From the NCBI GenBank assembly GCA_041891055.1, contig CP169075.1, positions 32,001-96,000 of the forward strand: 64,000 nucleotides of DNA, given 5' to 3'. Within the stretch, counting starts at the first letter, position 1, and each line of letters opens with the position of its first letter. The translations under genes and the position numbers were made by a program. The notes beneath the pieces were generated by a model. That model was not told where the DNA came from. It searched no databases and saw only the letters and a program-made list of their open reading frames with translations. Origin of the DNA: Halorutilales archaeon Cl-col2-1 (lineage in GTDB: Archaea > Halobacteriota > Halobacteria > Halobacteriales > Afararchaeaceae). Of the stretch, positions 50,855 to 60,602 are shown piece by piece.

Positions 50855-53800
50855 GAGTCGTCACCTTCGATGTTCGTCGGTCCGCCGGCCTGCGCTCTGA
50901 CTGTGATGTTTGTCCCGTCGAGTTCGTCACCGAGCTGGGCGAGTACGTCGTCTTCGTCGCTGTCGATGGTCTCCGGTTCGTCCATTTGGAACTTAAAGCT
51001 CAGCTTGACCTTCTGATTACCACCTGCCCGGTCGCTAAAGCCTTCGGGACTCTGATTCAGCGTCGTGAAGGCATCGAGCGGCCCGGTGAAATTAGCGTTG
51101 AAGGTTGCCTCGCCGTTGCCCATCTCCGCCCGGCTCTTGTAGTCGAGATCCACAGTGATGGACTCACTCCGGGACTTCACGGGCGACCGTTGCGCGACGA
51201 AGGACCCGTGCTTGAACGGCTGATCGCCTTCGATCTGGACGATGAGTGAGTCGATTCCCGGCGTCGCATCACTACCGGCTTGGGAGACGGCGTGCCCCCG
51301 GATTTCGCTGAAAGCCCGCTTCGCGCTCATCGACCCGGTGGATTTGTTCCACGTCCCACCGGGACCCGTTTTGCAGTCCTCGCAGAGGACGGGCTCGTCG
51401 GCTTTCGTCTTGCCTTCGACCTCTTCTCCACAGTCGTCACACTCGGCGGGTTTGTTCCGACATTCCTCACAGAGCTTGTGGGTGCTCTGGGGTGGGAGGT
51501 CCTTACCGCAGTTCGCACATTCCGTCAGCTCTGGCGGACGAATCTCGTCGGCGTGCTGATCGAGGAGGTCCTCGATACTACCGAAGAGTTCGTACTCGTC
51601 GCCGATCTTGACCTGCGAATCCGTAATCGAGGTCGTGACGTCCGGCGACTCCGGGAGCGGCGCGTCGTGTTGCCAATTGTCTGGCTGGGACTGGGCGTTC
51701 CAGTAGGCCGTCGCCGTCTCGCTATCCCAGTAGGCGTACTCGTGGTCTGAGACCATTCGGGCGATGGTCTTTCGCAGCGGTTTCGTACTTAAGAGGAAGG
51801 GCAGCCCCGGCTTCCGGGCGAACTGTGCTTCCAGGTCCGCTGTCGTCATCCGGCGCTTCTGGCTCTGCCACAGCTTCTGCTCGAACCAGACCTTTCCTTT
51901 GGGTTGGTCGTCGTCCCGGATGATCCGGTTCATGTCCTCGAGCGTGGTTCGGACCGCGTCGACGAGCTTTGTCCCGCCACCGGCGTCGACGGACGTGATG
52001 GTCACGTGCGTTAGCCCGTCGTCCTCGACATAGAACAGGTGTCGATAGACGTTCCGAACGCTCTCACCGAGGAGCCCGCGTGCTTCGTCCTCCCTGTCCC
52101 GTAGTTCTTGAAGCTGTTCGTCGGAGAGGTCTGCAGTCTGCTGAGAGTCGTCTCGGAGGTCCTCGATAGCTTCGAGCCGCGTCGCCTGGTTGACCGCATT
52201 CTCGAGAAGTTCCGCATCCGGGGCGAGGAACAAGACGTAGTTCTTGTGCGAACGACTCTGGATGGTTCCTCCGTGTTTTGCGGCGGTTTTCTCGTACAAC
52301 TCCTGGATTTTGTCGGGGACCTCGGTTTCCTGACCACGCTCCGTTTGTACTGGCGCGGTGAGCATGTGCATAATCGAGAGCGTAGGTGTGGAGCCGTCAT
52401 CTGCCACGTCCGCTGGCTCCTCGGGGAACATCTCGACGTTGAATCCCCCACTCCCGACCTCGCGATCCAGTCGAGCTTCGAACCGGCTTCGAGCCTGCTC
52501 TTCGGAGGTGTTCTGGATCCGCTGGTCGATGATTCGAATCAGGTTTGGCTCGGCTTTGAACCGGATCTGATCCTCATCGTAGAGGTAGTAGCAGGCGACG
52601 TTCATGTCGTCGCCGCCGAGGTTCTTCAGCGCGTTATCGTAGTGGTCGAAGGAGACGCCAGGATGGGCGACAGCCTCGTTGAGCCCTCGTCGAGCGATTC
52701 CTGACGCCTGCTCACCGAACGCGAGACTATTCCAGAGCACCGTCGTCGTGATGTGGGATCCGAGCGCGGGGATGCCCTTCTCCGTCCACTTCTGGTCCTC
52801 GAGTTGGGCGTGTGCGGTCCCGTCACGAGTGTAGATGTCCGCAGTCACCGCCGCACTCAGATTGACGAACTCGAACAGGGATTCGTTGAGTGTTGCTCGA
52901 ATACTCCCGTCCGGAGCATCGTCTGCCGGCGTGAGATCGTAGAGACGGAGGAAGTGACGGTCATACTCCTCGGGCTGGTGATTCCACAGGTAGTGAATCG
53001 CTCGACCGAGCAGTTTCAGTGCTCCACGAGTCCGCTGGAAGTCCGGGATCGTGTCGATCTTCTCGGTTAGCGTTTCGAGAACAGTGGGGTGGAATGGGTA
53101 TTCCCGTTCGAGTTTCGAGCGGTAACTGTCCTCGCTAACCTCCTGCGGGAACTGACGGGGGGCTTCGTCGTAGAAGTGGAAGTACTGCTCGGCCACCGTA
53201 GCCGCCACATCTGTATCGATTTCGTCGAACAGTCGATGCTGGAGAACAGCCCCGACTTCCGTCTCGCCGGTCGGAGTGATAACCTTCTGTTGGCGTTGGA
53301 CGACAGCGTCCAGTTCATCGACCAGGCCACGAACCTCTTCGGCCTCCTCCTTGAACGCCGAGTCCGCGATACTGTAAATGACGGTGAGTGAGTCAGCTTG
53401 GGCGGCTGTCTCCAGTAGCGACTTCATGAAGGAGACGGTCTGGCTGGCTAGGGTAGCCCCACCGACCTCGAGCGTCGACGCGTCCTCGAGATACTCCGCG
53501 ATCTCGTCAATAAGGACCACGGAGGGCTGGTCACTCTGTTCCAGGAGATCCTTCAGCGTGTTCTGACCAGGGGCCTGCCTATCCCGGTCGTAGTCCTCGA
53601 TCTCCCGATAGCCGTCCAGCCCGAACAGCTGGTAGGCAATCTCGCCCCACATCGTGTTCGTATCTGGGGCGTCCGGGTCAGTCCGACTACTTCGGGCGCT
53701 GCGGGCGTCGACGTGCCCGCCGACGAAGACAGCTGAATTCGCTTCGAGCCCATCGGAAACAGCGTCCAGATACTCGGTCGCCAGCTCGTCCTTCTCGACG

Positions 53801-54174
53801 AACTTTGAGAGATTTCCAATCTCGGTCGGGTTGTTTGCGAGATGATACGAGGCTATGAGGTCGTGAGTTTTCCCGCCGCCAAAGGTCGTATCGAGACAGA
53901 GAATACTGCTCTTGTAGCCGTGCGTCTCCCGGTCTGCGGCAGCCAGGAACCGACCAGATAGGTTGCTCAACAGTGTGGTCAACCCCTCTGTCGGATATGT
54001 GGTATCGAAAAATTCCGCAGCGTCACGATACACAGGGGCGGCTTCATCGGGCTCGTGGGCGACGGTCGCGAGGTTAGCAGCGAATTGCTCCTCCTCCAAC
54101 GTCCCGTCGATAACGTCGGAGCGAGGCTGGCAGGCCTCGAAGAGCGAAGTCACCTCCTCCTTTTGTGTACTCAT
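50851..54174 (-). CDS. DUF499 AAA+ ATPase
   Basis: FFDTTYPT, TFGGGKTH, LIDEIAEY, YPFHP, FQRTRGAL; zinc-ribbon insert near the C-terminus. Confidence 0.92.
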   Translation of the reverse strand: MSTQKEEVTSLFEACQPRSDVIDGTLEEEQFAANLATVAHEPDEAAPVYRDAAEFFDTTYPTEGLTTLLSNLSGRFLAAADRETHGYKSSILCLDTTFGGGKTHDLIASYHLANNPTEIGNLSKFVEKDELATEYLDAVSDGLEANSAVFVGGHVDARSARSSRTDPDAPDTNTMWGEIAYQLFGLDGYREIEDYDRDRQAPGQNTLKDLLEQSDQPSVVLIDEIAEYLEDASTLEVGGATLASQTVSFMKSLLETAAQADSLTVIYSIADSAFKEEAEEVRGLVDELDAVVQRQQKVITPTGETEVGAVLQHRLFDEIDTDVAATVAEQYFHFYDEAPRQFPQEVSEDSYRSKLEREYPFHPTVLETLTEKIDTIPDFQRTRGALKLLGRAIHYLWNHQPEEYDRHFLRLYDLTPADDAPDGSIRATLNESLFEFVNLSAAVTADIYTRDGTAHAQLEDQKWTEKGIPALGSHITTTVLWNSLAFGEQASGIARRGLNEAVAHPGVSFDHYDNALKNLGGDDMNVACYYLYDEDQIRFKAEPNLIRIIDQRIQNTSEEQARSRFEARLDREVGSGGFNVEMFPEEPADVADDGSTPTLSIMHMLTAPVQTERGQETEVPDKIQELYEKTAAKHGGTIQSRSHKNYVLFLAPDAELLENAVNQATRLEAIEDLRDDSQQTADLSDEQLQELRDREDEARGLLGESVRNVYRHLFYVEDDGLTHVTITSVDAGGGTKLVDAVRTTLEDMNRIIRDDDQPKGKVWFEQKLWQSQKRRMTTADLEAQFARKPGLPFLLSTKPLRKTIARMVSDHEYAYWDSETATAYWNAQSQPDNWQHDAPLPESPDVTTSITDSQVKIGDEYELFGSIEDLLDQHADEIRPPELTECANCGKDLPPQSTHKLCEECRNKPAECDDCGEEVEGKTKADEPVLCEDCKTGPGGTWNKSTGSMSAKRAFSEIRGHAVSQAGSDATPGIDSLIVQIEGDQPFKHGSFVAQRSPVKSRSESITVDLDYKSRAEMGNGEATFNANFTGPLDAFTTLNQSPEGFSDRAGGNQKVKLSFKFQMDEPETIDSDEDDVLAQLGDELDGTNITVRAQAGGPTNIEGDDS

Positions 54175-54277
54175 CGTATGACAAAACGTGATTTTCACAC
54201 TACTTAAAAGTTCGAACTGTGTTCCTCGATTCCGGTAGCAATCAATTACTGCCTGATCCCTCGATGAGCAAACCTCC

Positions 54278-54628
54278 TTATTTAAATTCAGATATGATTC
54301 TGTTCTGGGATTCTCTCCGCTGCCGCCCGATTTGGAGTATCTCGAACTGAGACAGGTCGATATCTTCATCCTCAGTGATCGAAGCGCGAACTGACTCGGG
54401 GAGGGATTCGACCTCGATTGCTGTCAATGGATGTTGGGTGAGGAAATAGCTGCTTGCGAGGCTCGTCGGTGATACAGCAACAACCTCCTCGCTCTTCACC
54501 TCCTGCAGTTTGAGTTCAGCATTTCTATACTGGTGTAATTCCGCGGATAGCGCCTTAACGGGAATGCGGTCGGAGATATCCCCGTGGTCAACATATCCGC
54601 CAGCGTCGTAGAAATGCCCAACACTCAT
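54278..54628 (-). CDS. Hypothetical protein
   Basis: 116-aa ORF upstream of the DUF499 operon on the same strand. Confidence 0.6.
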   Translation of the reverse strand: MSVGHFYDAGGYVDHGDISDRIPVKALSAELHQYRNAELKLQEVKSEEVVAVSPTSLASSYFLTQHPLTAIEVESLPESVRASITEDEDIDLSQFEILQIGRQRRESQNRIISEFK

Positions 54629-54709
54629 CTATCTACACGAAATAATGCTTGATACTTATTTCTTGCGGGGGTACTATAACCTGGGCTCGATTCACACCAA
54701 TCTGTTACG

Positions 54710-55513
54710 ATGGCCAGAGACCTCTATCAGTGTACGGCAGGTGATCTTGCTACACAAGCAGTCGATACCGTTCCTGCTGATTGGTCGGTAGCAGAGGTCC
54801 ATGAGTGGCTTTCAGAGAACGGCTACGATGTCTCCCCAGTCCTTGACGGGGAACAGCCCGTCGGATTCGTCGAGATCGACGAACTGTCCAGGGCTCCCGA
54901 CGGTGCTCCAGTCTCTGAACACCGACAAGATATCACACTCGAGGAAATCATTTCTACTGATGCGGATTTCGGGAGCGTTCTTTCTGCTCTCTACGACTCA
55001 GGCTTCTACCTTCTCGGTGGCCGCAATCAGGTCACGGGTATCCTTACTCGAGCAGATTTGAACACGTCACCAGCATACATTCACCTCTACGATCGACTTT
55101 CACTTCTCGAAGAGGGTCTTCGTGACTTGATTCAAGACAAGGCTCCTAATTGGAAGACGAATGACGCGGTTGACCTCTACCCCGACGAAAAACAGGATAT
55201 TGAGCGACGATATCAGAAGGCCGAGTCAGCGAATATCGCCTTGGAAGAGATCCATTATGCTCAATTTTCCACCCTCAAGAAGATCGTCGCAGCAATTGAC
55301 CCGTGTTGGGAGGCGTGTGGGTTCTCGAGTGGTGATGCTGCAGAACGCGACCTCTCAGACGTCACCGACGTTCGGAATGCAGTTGCCCACTCGAACCTCC
55401 TAATCGAAAATACTGGTCAAGGGCTGATGGAAGGCAGAACCCTCACTACCGTTTTGGATGCGTATGAAACGATAGAGGCGTGTATTGAGGAGTTGGACCT
55501 CGAGTCAGACTGA
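54710..55513 (+). CDS. CBS-domain pair fused to a HEPN/Swt1-like domain
   Basis: PVLDGEQPVGFV and VTGILTRADL (CBS); VRNAVAH (RxxxxH). Confidence 0.75.
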   Translation: MARDLYQCTAGDLATQAVDTVPADWSVAEVHEWLSENGYDVSPVLDGEQPVGFVEIDELSRAPDGAPVSEHRQDITLEEIISTDADFGSVLSALYDSGFYLLGGRNQVTGILTRADLNTSPAYIHLYDRLSLLEEGLRDLIQDKAPNWKTNDAVDLYPDEKQDIERRYQKAESANIALEEIHYAQFSTLKKIVAAIDPCWEACGFSSGDAAERDLSDVTDVRNAVAHSNLLIENTGQGLMEGRTLTTVLDAYETIEACIEELDLESD

Positions 55514-55568
55514 AGGCCTGTCTCCGGCTGGGACAGAATTATGTCACGGGAATTAGTTTGCTTGTTGC

Positions 55569-55773
55569 ATGGCTAATGGCTGTGATTTTCTCACCAGTCC
55601 CTCCTTCGACGCGCTTCAATCTGAGGTGTTTGAACGGGTTGCTGAACAGGCCAGCGACGACCCCGGCAGCACCTCTATATCGAAAACAACGACCATCGCA
55701 CGGATGAGGTTGCCGACGCATGGGCCGAGAATCACGAACCGCTCCGGCTTCGAGTAACCGATTTCAATACTGT
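55569..55773 (+). pseudogene. 5' gene fragment truncated by the ISH3-type element
   Basis: An acidic reading frame from ATG 55569, with an apparent frameshift, runs into the IS terminus. Confidence 0.35.
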
Positions 55774-57280
55774 CGCTAGTTGTCCACTCTGGCTTAGTGG
55801 CCCAGCCGCTGACACGTAGTACTGAGTGAAGCGGGTGAATCAGGAATCTGATTCATCCGCTGTCCGGATATATCCGTTGTGAACCTACCAAAGCTCAAAC
55901 GGGTTCTTACAGATCCGGACGACTTCATTACGAACGGCCAGTTGAAATCTCTTGCTCTGGAGGTACTGGAGTTAGTGCCGATGGAAGGAATCGAGGGCTC
56001 CGGCCTCGATTCCGAGGAAATCATGGAAGTGGTGCTCCGGGCTGCCGTTGACACGACATCAGCCAACGGCGTGACGACAAATACGAGCAACACACCGAAC
56101 AGGAAAACGGTCATGGACTGGCTTCACAAACTGGAGAAAGACGCCATGCTGGACGCTGTCAACGACATCCTCGCGTTGCTGGCAATGACGGTTCTCGACC
56201 GCGACCGGTCGAGAACCATCTGTCTCGACTTCATGGACAATCCGTTCCACGGGCATCCCGAGGACGAAACCGAGTTCAGAAGGATGCAAGCACGCGACGG
56301 GACGACGAAGTGTCACCGCTACTGCACAGCGTTCGTCATCTCTCAAGGAAAGCCACTAACGTGGCGGTTGAACCGGTTGATGGCGAGGACAGCAAGGCCG
56401 ACGCGGTCGAGCGCGTGCTCGCCCGCGTCAAGACGTATCCATTCGAGATCGAGCAGATTCTCATGGATAGAGCTGCCTTCATAGGGGAGTTGATCGGTGT
56501 ACTTCGGGAAACAGCGCCGCCAGTCTTTCCGGTCAAGACCGGGAAAGACTCGCTCCGGAAGAAACTCTCCAACACCGCGTCACACATGACCGAAGAGACG
56601 ATCTGCGAAGGGAAGAAACACGAACAGACGTATCCACTGGCAGTGAACGTCACCTACCAGAATGGTGACCGCGGGAAGTCTGGTGTGAAAGCAACAGGAT
56701 ACGCGGCGTACGGTCTAAAAGACCGCACGCCCGCGCAAGTCGCTGCGATCTACGACAAGTGTTCACGGATAGAGAAGAGCTACGAGAAGTTCCGAGAAGC
56801 GCGTGCCCTGACAACAGCACCATCAACGACAATCCGGTTGTTCTACGTGGGCGTGGGATTTCTGTTAGAGCAATTGTGGCTCGTGTTGCAGTGGGCCGTG
56901 CTCGCCCGACCACGGCGTGGCGGGCGAGCACTTCCGGTGGCGTTCACGTTCAGTGATGTGTTTCTCCATGGGATCGAACAGGTGTTAGACGACGAACTCG
57001 GCTGGAAGGAGAAGCATCGGACGAACGGAGAAGGACTACCTCCAGGATACGACCACGGACTCGGTTGAGCCGCCTCGATTCAGGCGAAGCGAGGCTGGCG
57101 AACAGCGACATCTGTCTTTGGAGACCGATCTGAGCGACGACTACAGCCGAAACCAACTAGATTTGTGACCTTTCTTGACTCTCCGTGGCGTCAGAAGTGT
57201 ACTTCGTCTCGTATCGGCGTTTTTACCGTGTCAGACCGGACTCTTGATGCCACCGCGATCAAGAGAGTGGACAACTAGCG
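55774..57280 (+). mobile_element. ISH3-family element with frameshifted transposase (55879-57068)
   Basis: 17-bp TIR CGCTAGTTGTCCACTCT; LDFMDNPFHG, MDRAAF, RIEKSY; frameshift near 56360. Confidence 0.9.
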
Positions 57281-57425
57281 AAAGTATACAGAGTCCTCTA
57301 AACCGTCTATTTGAACCTTGGCTTGGATTATCAGCTAAGATACGGTAGTTTCAGACTAGTTTAGCTCACGAGTCCGTATCTAATCACCCTCTCAATCCGA
57401 CGCATACTAGCGATTCACCAGAGCC
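57281..57425. mobile_element. Remnant of the 18584-type MITE
   Basis: Similar to about 18625-18768 and ends GATTCACCAGAGCC; the left part is absent. Confidence 0.8.
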
Positions 57426-57441
57426 AATAAGATTTGATGGC

Positions 57442-57669
57442 TCAGTCCTCACAAACGACATCCCTAAGCTCTTCAAGTAGCTTAGGATGATACTCCTCTA
57501 GAGCTTCTACGTCCTTAACAAGCTCATCTTGTATTCTATTTCTAACTTCTGAGATGGCTTGATAGCGTTTTCTCTCATCTACATCCTCTTTTTCTGCTAT
57601 TCTTTGCCTTTCCGTCTCAGTCATTAGTGCCCGTGTCCTTGCCATTCTGGTTTGGTTGTTCGTCTCCAT
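57442..57669 (-). CDS. Small putative transcriptional regulator
   Basis: RALMTETERQRIA...RYQAISEVRNRI...ELRDVVCE; divergent from the zinc-finger/ParB operon. Confidence 0.65.
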   Translation of the reverse strand: METNNQTRMARTRALMTETERQRIAEKEDVDERKRYQAISEVRNRIQDELVKDVEALEEYHPKLLEELRDVVCED

Positions 57670-57862
57670 ATACCTATATCATTGGTTACTCAGTTAAAAC
57701 ATATGCAAATATACGTAGTATGCAAATATGCGTATGTTTAAGTGGCTAGAGATACAAGTCATTGTGTAAGAAGCACGATGCTCCGGACTACGGGATTTAG
57801 TTCTCGTAGAAGGAGGCGGGTGTAGGAGCACCCGCCGAGTGCTTCTCCAAGGTGAAGAAGCA

Positions 57863-58270
57863 ATGCAATCTACGAATACGACCCAGAAAGATGTATCGCT
57901 ATTAGAGCAACTGCTAGATGGACTACGCGTCGGCATAGGAGAGTCACATGACGAGTTTGTGGTCTGCGACAGATGCGGTACCTACCTACGTGAAGGCTCG
58001 GACGTAACCGCTTACGCTTACTCGCAAGACAAAGACGCCAGTTGGGACGTAAGAGGCGTCTACTGCAGTCACTGCTCTAAAACAGAGATATCCACAGAGA
58101 CGAAAGGCACAGAGGAAGCCGTCGTCCAGGCACATCTCGCCCTCCTCGAAGACGCAAAATACCAGACAGCGTCACTAGTACTCGCAGATCCCGAGGCACT
58201 CGATTACAGTCCAACTGAAGAAGGCACAGAACCCCAGACAGTCGCCGTCACAAAGAAGGAGGGTCACTAA
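57863..58270 (+). CDS. Zinc-finger (CxxC x2) protein
   Basis: CDRC...CSHC. Confidence 0.7.
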   Translation: MQSTNTTQKDVSLLEQLLDGLRVGIGESHDEFVVCDRCGTYLREGSDVTAYAYSQDKDASWDVRGVYCSHCSKTEISTETKGTEEAVVQAHLALLEDAKYQTASLVLADPEALDYSPTEEGTEPQTVAVTKKEGH

Positions 58271-58271
58271 G

Positions 58272-58448
58272 ATGCAAGAGAGCACAGACCTCCAGAGGAT
58301 CCACTGTAAACACTGCGGCGAGTCACCTCGTCTCCATAGAGACGCCGATGACAGAGACTGTCTTGTAGCAAGATGTGACTGTGACTCTCCGAGGAGACTA
58401 CAGATCTACGATGCCGGAGTGCCACCTAAGTCATGGAGGGTCGAGTAA
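58272..58448 (+). CDS. Small zinc-finger protein (58 aa, below the ORF-track cutoff)
   Basis: MQESTDLQRIHCKHCGE...RCDC...WRVE; stop overlaps the next ATG (TAATG). Confidence 0.65.
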   Translation: MQESTDLQRIHCKHCGESPRLHRDADDRDCLVARCDCDSPRRLQIYDAGVPPKSWRVE

Positions 58449-60010
58449 TGATCGATGTCGACGAGCTCGCCCTCGATAAGTACCAGGTCATGCCCGACCT
58501 CTCCAACGAAGAGTACGCCGCTCTAAAACGTGATATCAGAGAAAACGGAGTCAGAACCGACATCGATGTCGACGAAAACAATAACGTAATCGATGGGCAC
58601 CACAGAGTCCGAGCTTGCAGAGAGCTGAGCATAGAGAAGATCGAAGCCCGTGTCCATGTCGGACTATCCTCCAAAGAGAAACAAGATCTAGCGTGGCGTC
58701 TCAACATGCAGAGACGTCATCTCGAACAGGGACAGAAACGCGAGCTAGCGAAGGAGTATCTAATCGATAGCTGGGACGGCGAGACTACCGAGCGTGAGAT
58801 AGCTGATCTCCTCGGGATCGGAAAGAAGACGGTAAATAGAGCCAAAAAAGATCTCAGAGAAGCTGGTAAGCTGAGTCACCTGACTCAACTTACCACCAGC
58901 GAGAAAAAAGAGATCGTCAGAGAGTACATAGAAGATCATCCCGACGCATCAAACAGAGAAATAGCAGATAGCATCGACTGTGACGTCTCCCATGTAACTG
59001 TAGGTAGATGGCGTAAAGACAAAGATGACAGTGACTCAGACTGTGAAGACGTATCTGACTCTGACTCAAACTCGGACGAAGATGATAGTAACAGAGATGA
59101 TGAAGACAACCAGAACCAGAACACCGAGGACAGCGACGACGAAGACGAGAAATCCTCGCTAACTCTCCGTAATGCCACCGACAAAGAGCTAGAGAAGCTC
59201 CAGGAGATAAGGGAGAAAGCCGATGAAGGCAACGAGGTAGCGCAAAAACAACTAGAGAAACTACAGAGCAACAGCACCTCCATCCACACGGCTCATAAAC
59301 ACCTAGAGAAGCACGAAGCCGAAAAAGAAGTTGAGAAACAACGTCAGACCGACGGCGGAGCCCAGGAGTATCAACCCAAGATCACCCAGTCCCCCGCTCT
59401 GGAGTTCATACAGAAATACGAAGACAAGAGCGTCGACCTACTCCTAACGGATCCTCCCTATAGCACAGACGTCGAGGACATCGAGGAGTTCGCCGAAGAC
59501 TGGCTACCTGAAGCACTATCCAAAGTCAAAGATGACGGCTACGCCTATGTCTTCGTCGGTAGCTACACAGAAGAGATCCATGCCTACCTGTCTGTACTCA
59601 CGGACATAGACAGGTTCGAGAGTCAGATCTTGATCTGGACATACAAGAACACCCTCGGCAAAGTACCGAAGAATCGCTACTCACGCAACTACCAAGCAGT
59701 CCTCTACCTACGTGGATCCGAAACCCAAGAACTCAACGCCCCCAAGACCTCCGAGCAATGGGCAGTACAAGATATCAACGCACCTGACGGCAGGCACCAG
59801 CAAAAACACCACCGCTGGCAGAAGCCCGAAAAACTCATCGAACGCTTCGTGAGACACACAACCGAAGAAGGCGACCTAGTCGTCGATCCCTTCGCTGGCT
59901 CGGGCACTACTCTACTGACAGCCGCCGAACTTGCACGTGAAACGGAGGGGTGTGACAAAGACTCACAAGCCATAGAGACCGCCAGAGAGAGGGGGTGTGT
60001 CGTAGAATGA
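58448..60010 (+). CDS. ParB-like N-domain, two HTHs and an N6/N4 DNA methyltransferase (beta-type motif order)
   Basis: IDGHHRVRA; TEREIADLLGIGKKTVNR; SNREIAD..VSHVTVGRWR; TDPPY before QKP and DPFAGSGTT. Confidence 0.9.
   Translation: MIDVDELALDKYQVMPDLSNEEYAALKRDIRENGVRTDIDVDENNNVIDGHHRVRACRELSIEKIEARVHVGLSSKEKQDLAWRLNMQRRHLEQGQKRELAKEYLIDSWDGETTEREIADLLGIGKKTVNRAKKDLREAGKLSHLTQLTTSEKKEIVREYIEDHPDASNREIADSIDCDVSHVTVGRWRKDKDDSDSDCEDVSDSDSNSDEDDSNRDDEDNQNQNTEDSDDEDEKSSLTLRNATDKELEKLQEIREKADEGNEVAQKQLEKLQSNSTSIHTAHKHLEKHEAEKEVEKQRQTDGGAQEYQPKITQSPALEFIQKYEDKSVDLLLTDPPYSTDVEDIEEFAEDWLPEALSKVKDDGYAYVFVGSYTEEIHAYLSVLTDIDRFESQILIWTYKNTLGKVPKNRYSRNYQAVLYLRGSETQELNAPKTSEQWAVQDINAPDGRHQQKHHRWQKPEKLIERFVRHTTEEGDLVVDPFAGSGTTLLTAAELARETEGCDKDSQAIETARERGCVVE
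58864..58895 (-). repeat. Site A variant inside the ParB-MTase coding sequence
   Basis: TGGTAAGCTGAGTCA-CC-TGACTCAACTTACCA, 15-bp arms with 1 mismatch; encodes GKLSHLTQLT. Confidence 0.9.
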
Positions 60011-60570
60011 GCTTTAGCGATGACCTAAAAAGTAGTGCCAACGCATTTGAGAAGGTAGTCTATCCCGAAATCGAGGGAGAGATAGACGGCAACGAAATCA
60101 TCCCCGTAGAAAACGTCCACACAGAATCCGATGTCCAGAAGCTCCTTGATACGAGAGCAGGGATAGATGCTCTCGTTCGGGACGAAAAAGGCAGACTGTA
60201 TGGAGTCGCAAGCCGCGTGCAGTATGGTGCTGACTGGGGGTCGTTTACAGTCCGAGGTTTTCGCTCTTCGGGATCCAAGACGGAGTACCGTAAACGGATA
60301 GAGGAGATAGAAGGCGACAAACACGCCATATATCCCTACTACACCTGCCAAGCATACGTAAAAGAGGGGCGTCTACTCAACGCGGCTGTCTGTAAAACCC
60401 AAGATCTCATAGAGTACATCGATCAAGGAGATTATCAGCAGGACTACGACGTCAAAATCTGTAATAAAGACGGAGACAGCCTACAGACTCTCTTTGTCGT
60501 GTTTTGGGGAGACTTCGTCGAAGAGCACGATCTGTATGTACACGATGCGAGTAACCTGAATTCGCTGTAA
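60007..60570 (+). CDS. Hypothetical protein, possible PD-(D/E)XK-like fold
   Basis: LDTRAGIDALVR...GVASRVQ; ATGA overlap with the MTase gene. Confidence 0.65.
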   Translation: MSFSDDLKSSANAFEKVVYPEIEGEIDGNEIIPVENVHTESDVQKLLDTRAGIDALVRDEKGRLYGVASRVQYGADWGSFTVRGFRSSGSKTEYRKRIEEIEGDKHAIYPYYTCQAYVKEGRLLNAAVCKTQDLIEYIDQGDYQQDYDVKICNKDGDSLQTLFVVFWGDFVEEHDLYVHDASNLNSL

Positions 60571-60602
60571 AAAGTCAGGTTCAGCTGTTTTTTGATAATC
60601 CA

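Noticed and set aside
41411-54181. Numerous antisense and alternative-frame ORFs within the DUF499 operon
   Set aside because: These are shadow ORFs of GC-rich acidic genes (Ser/Arg-rich antisense patterns).
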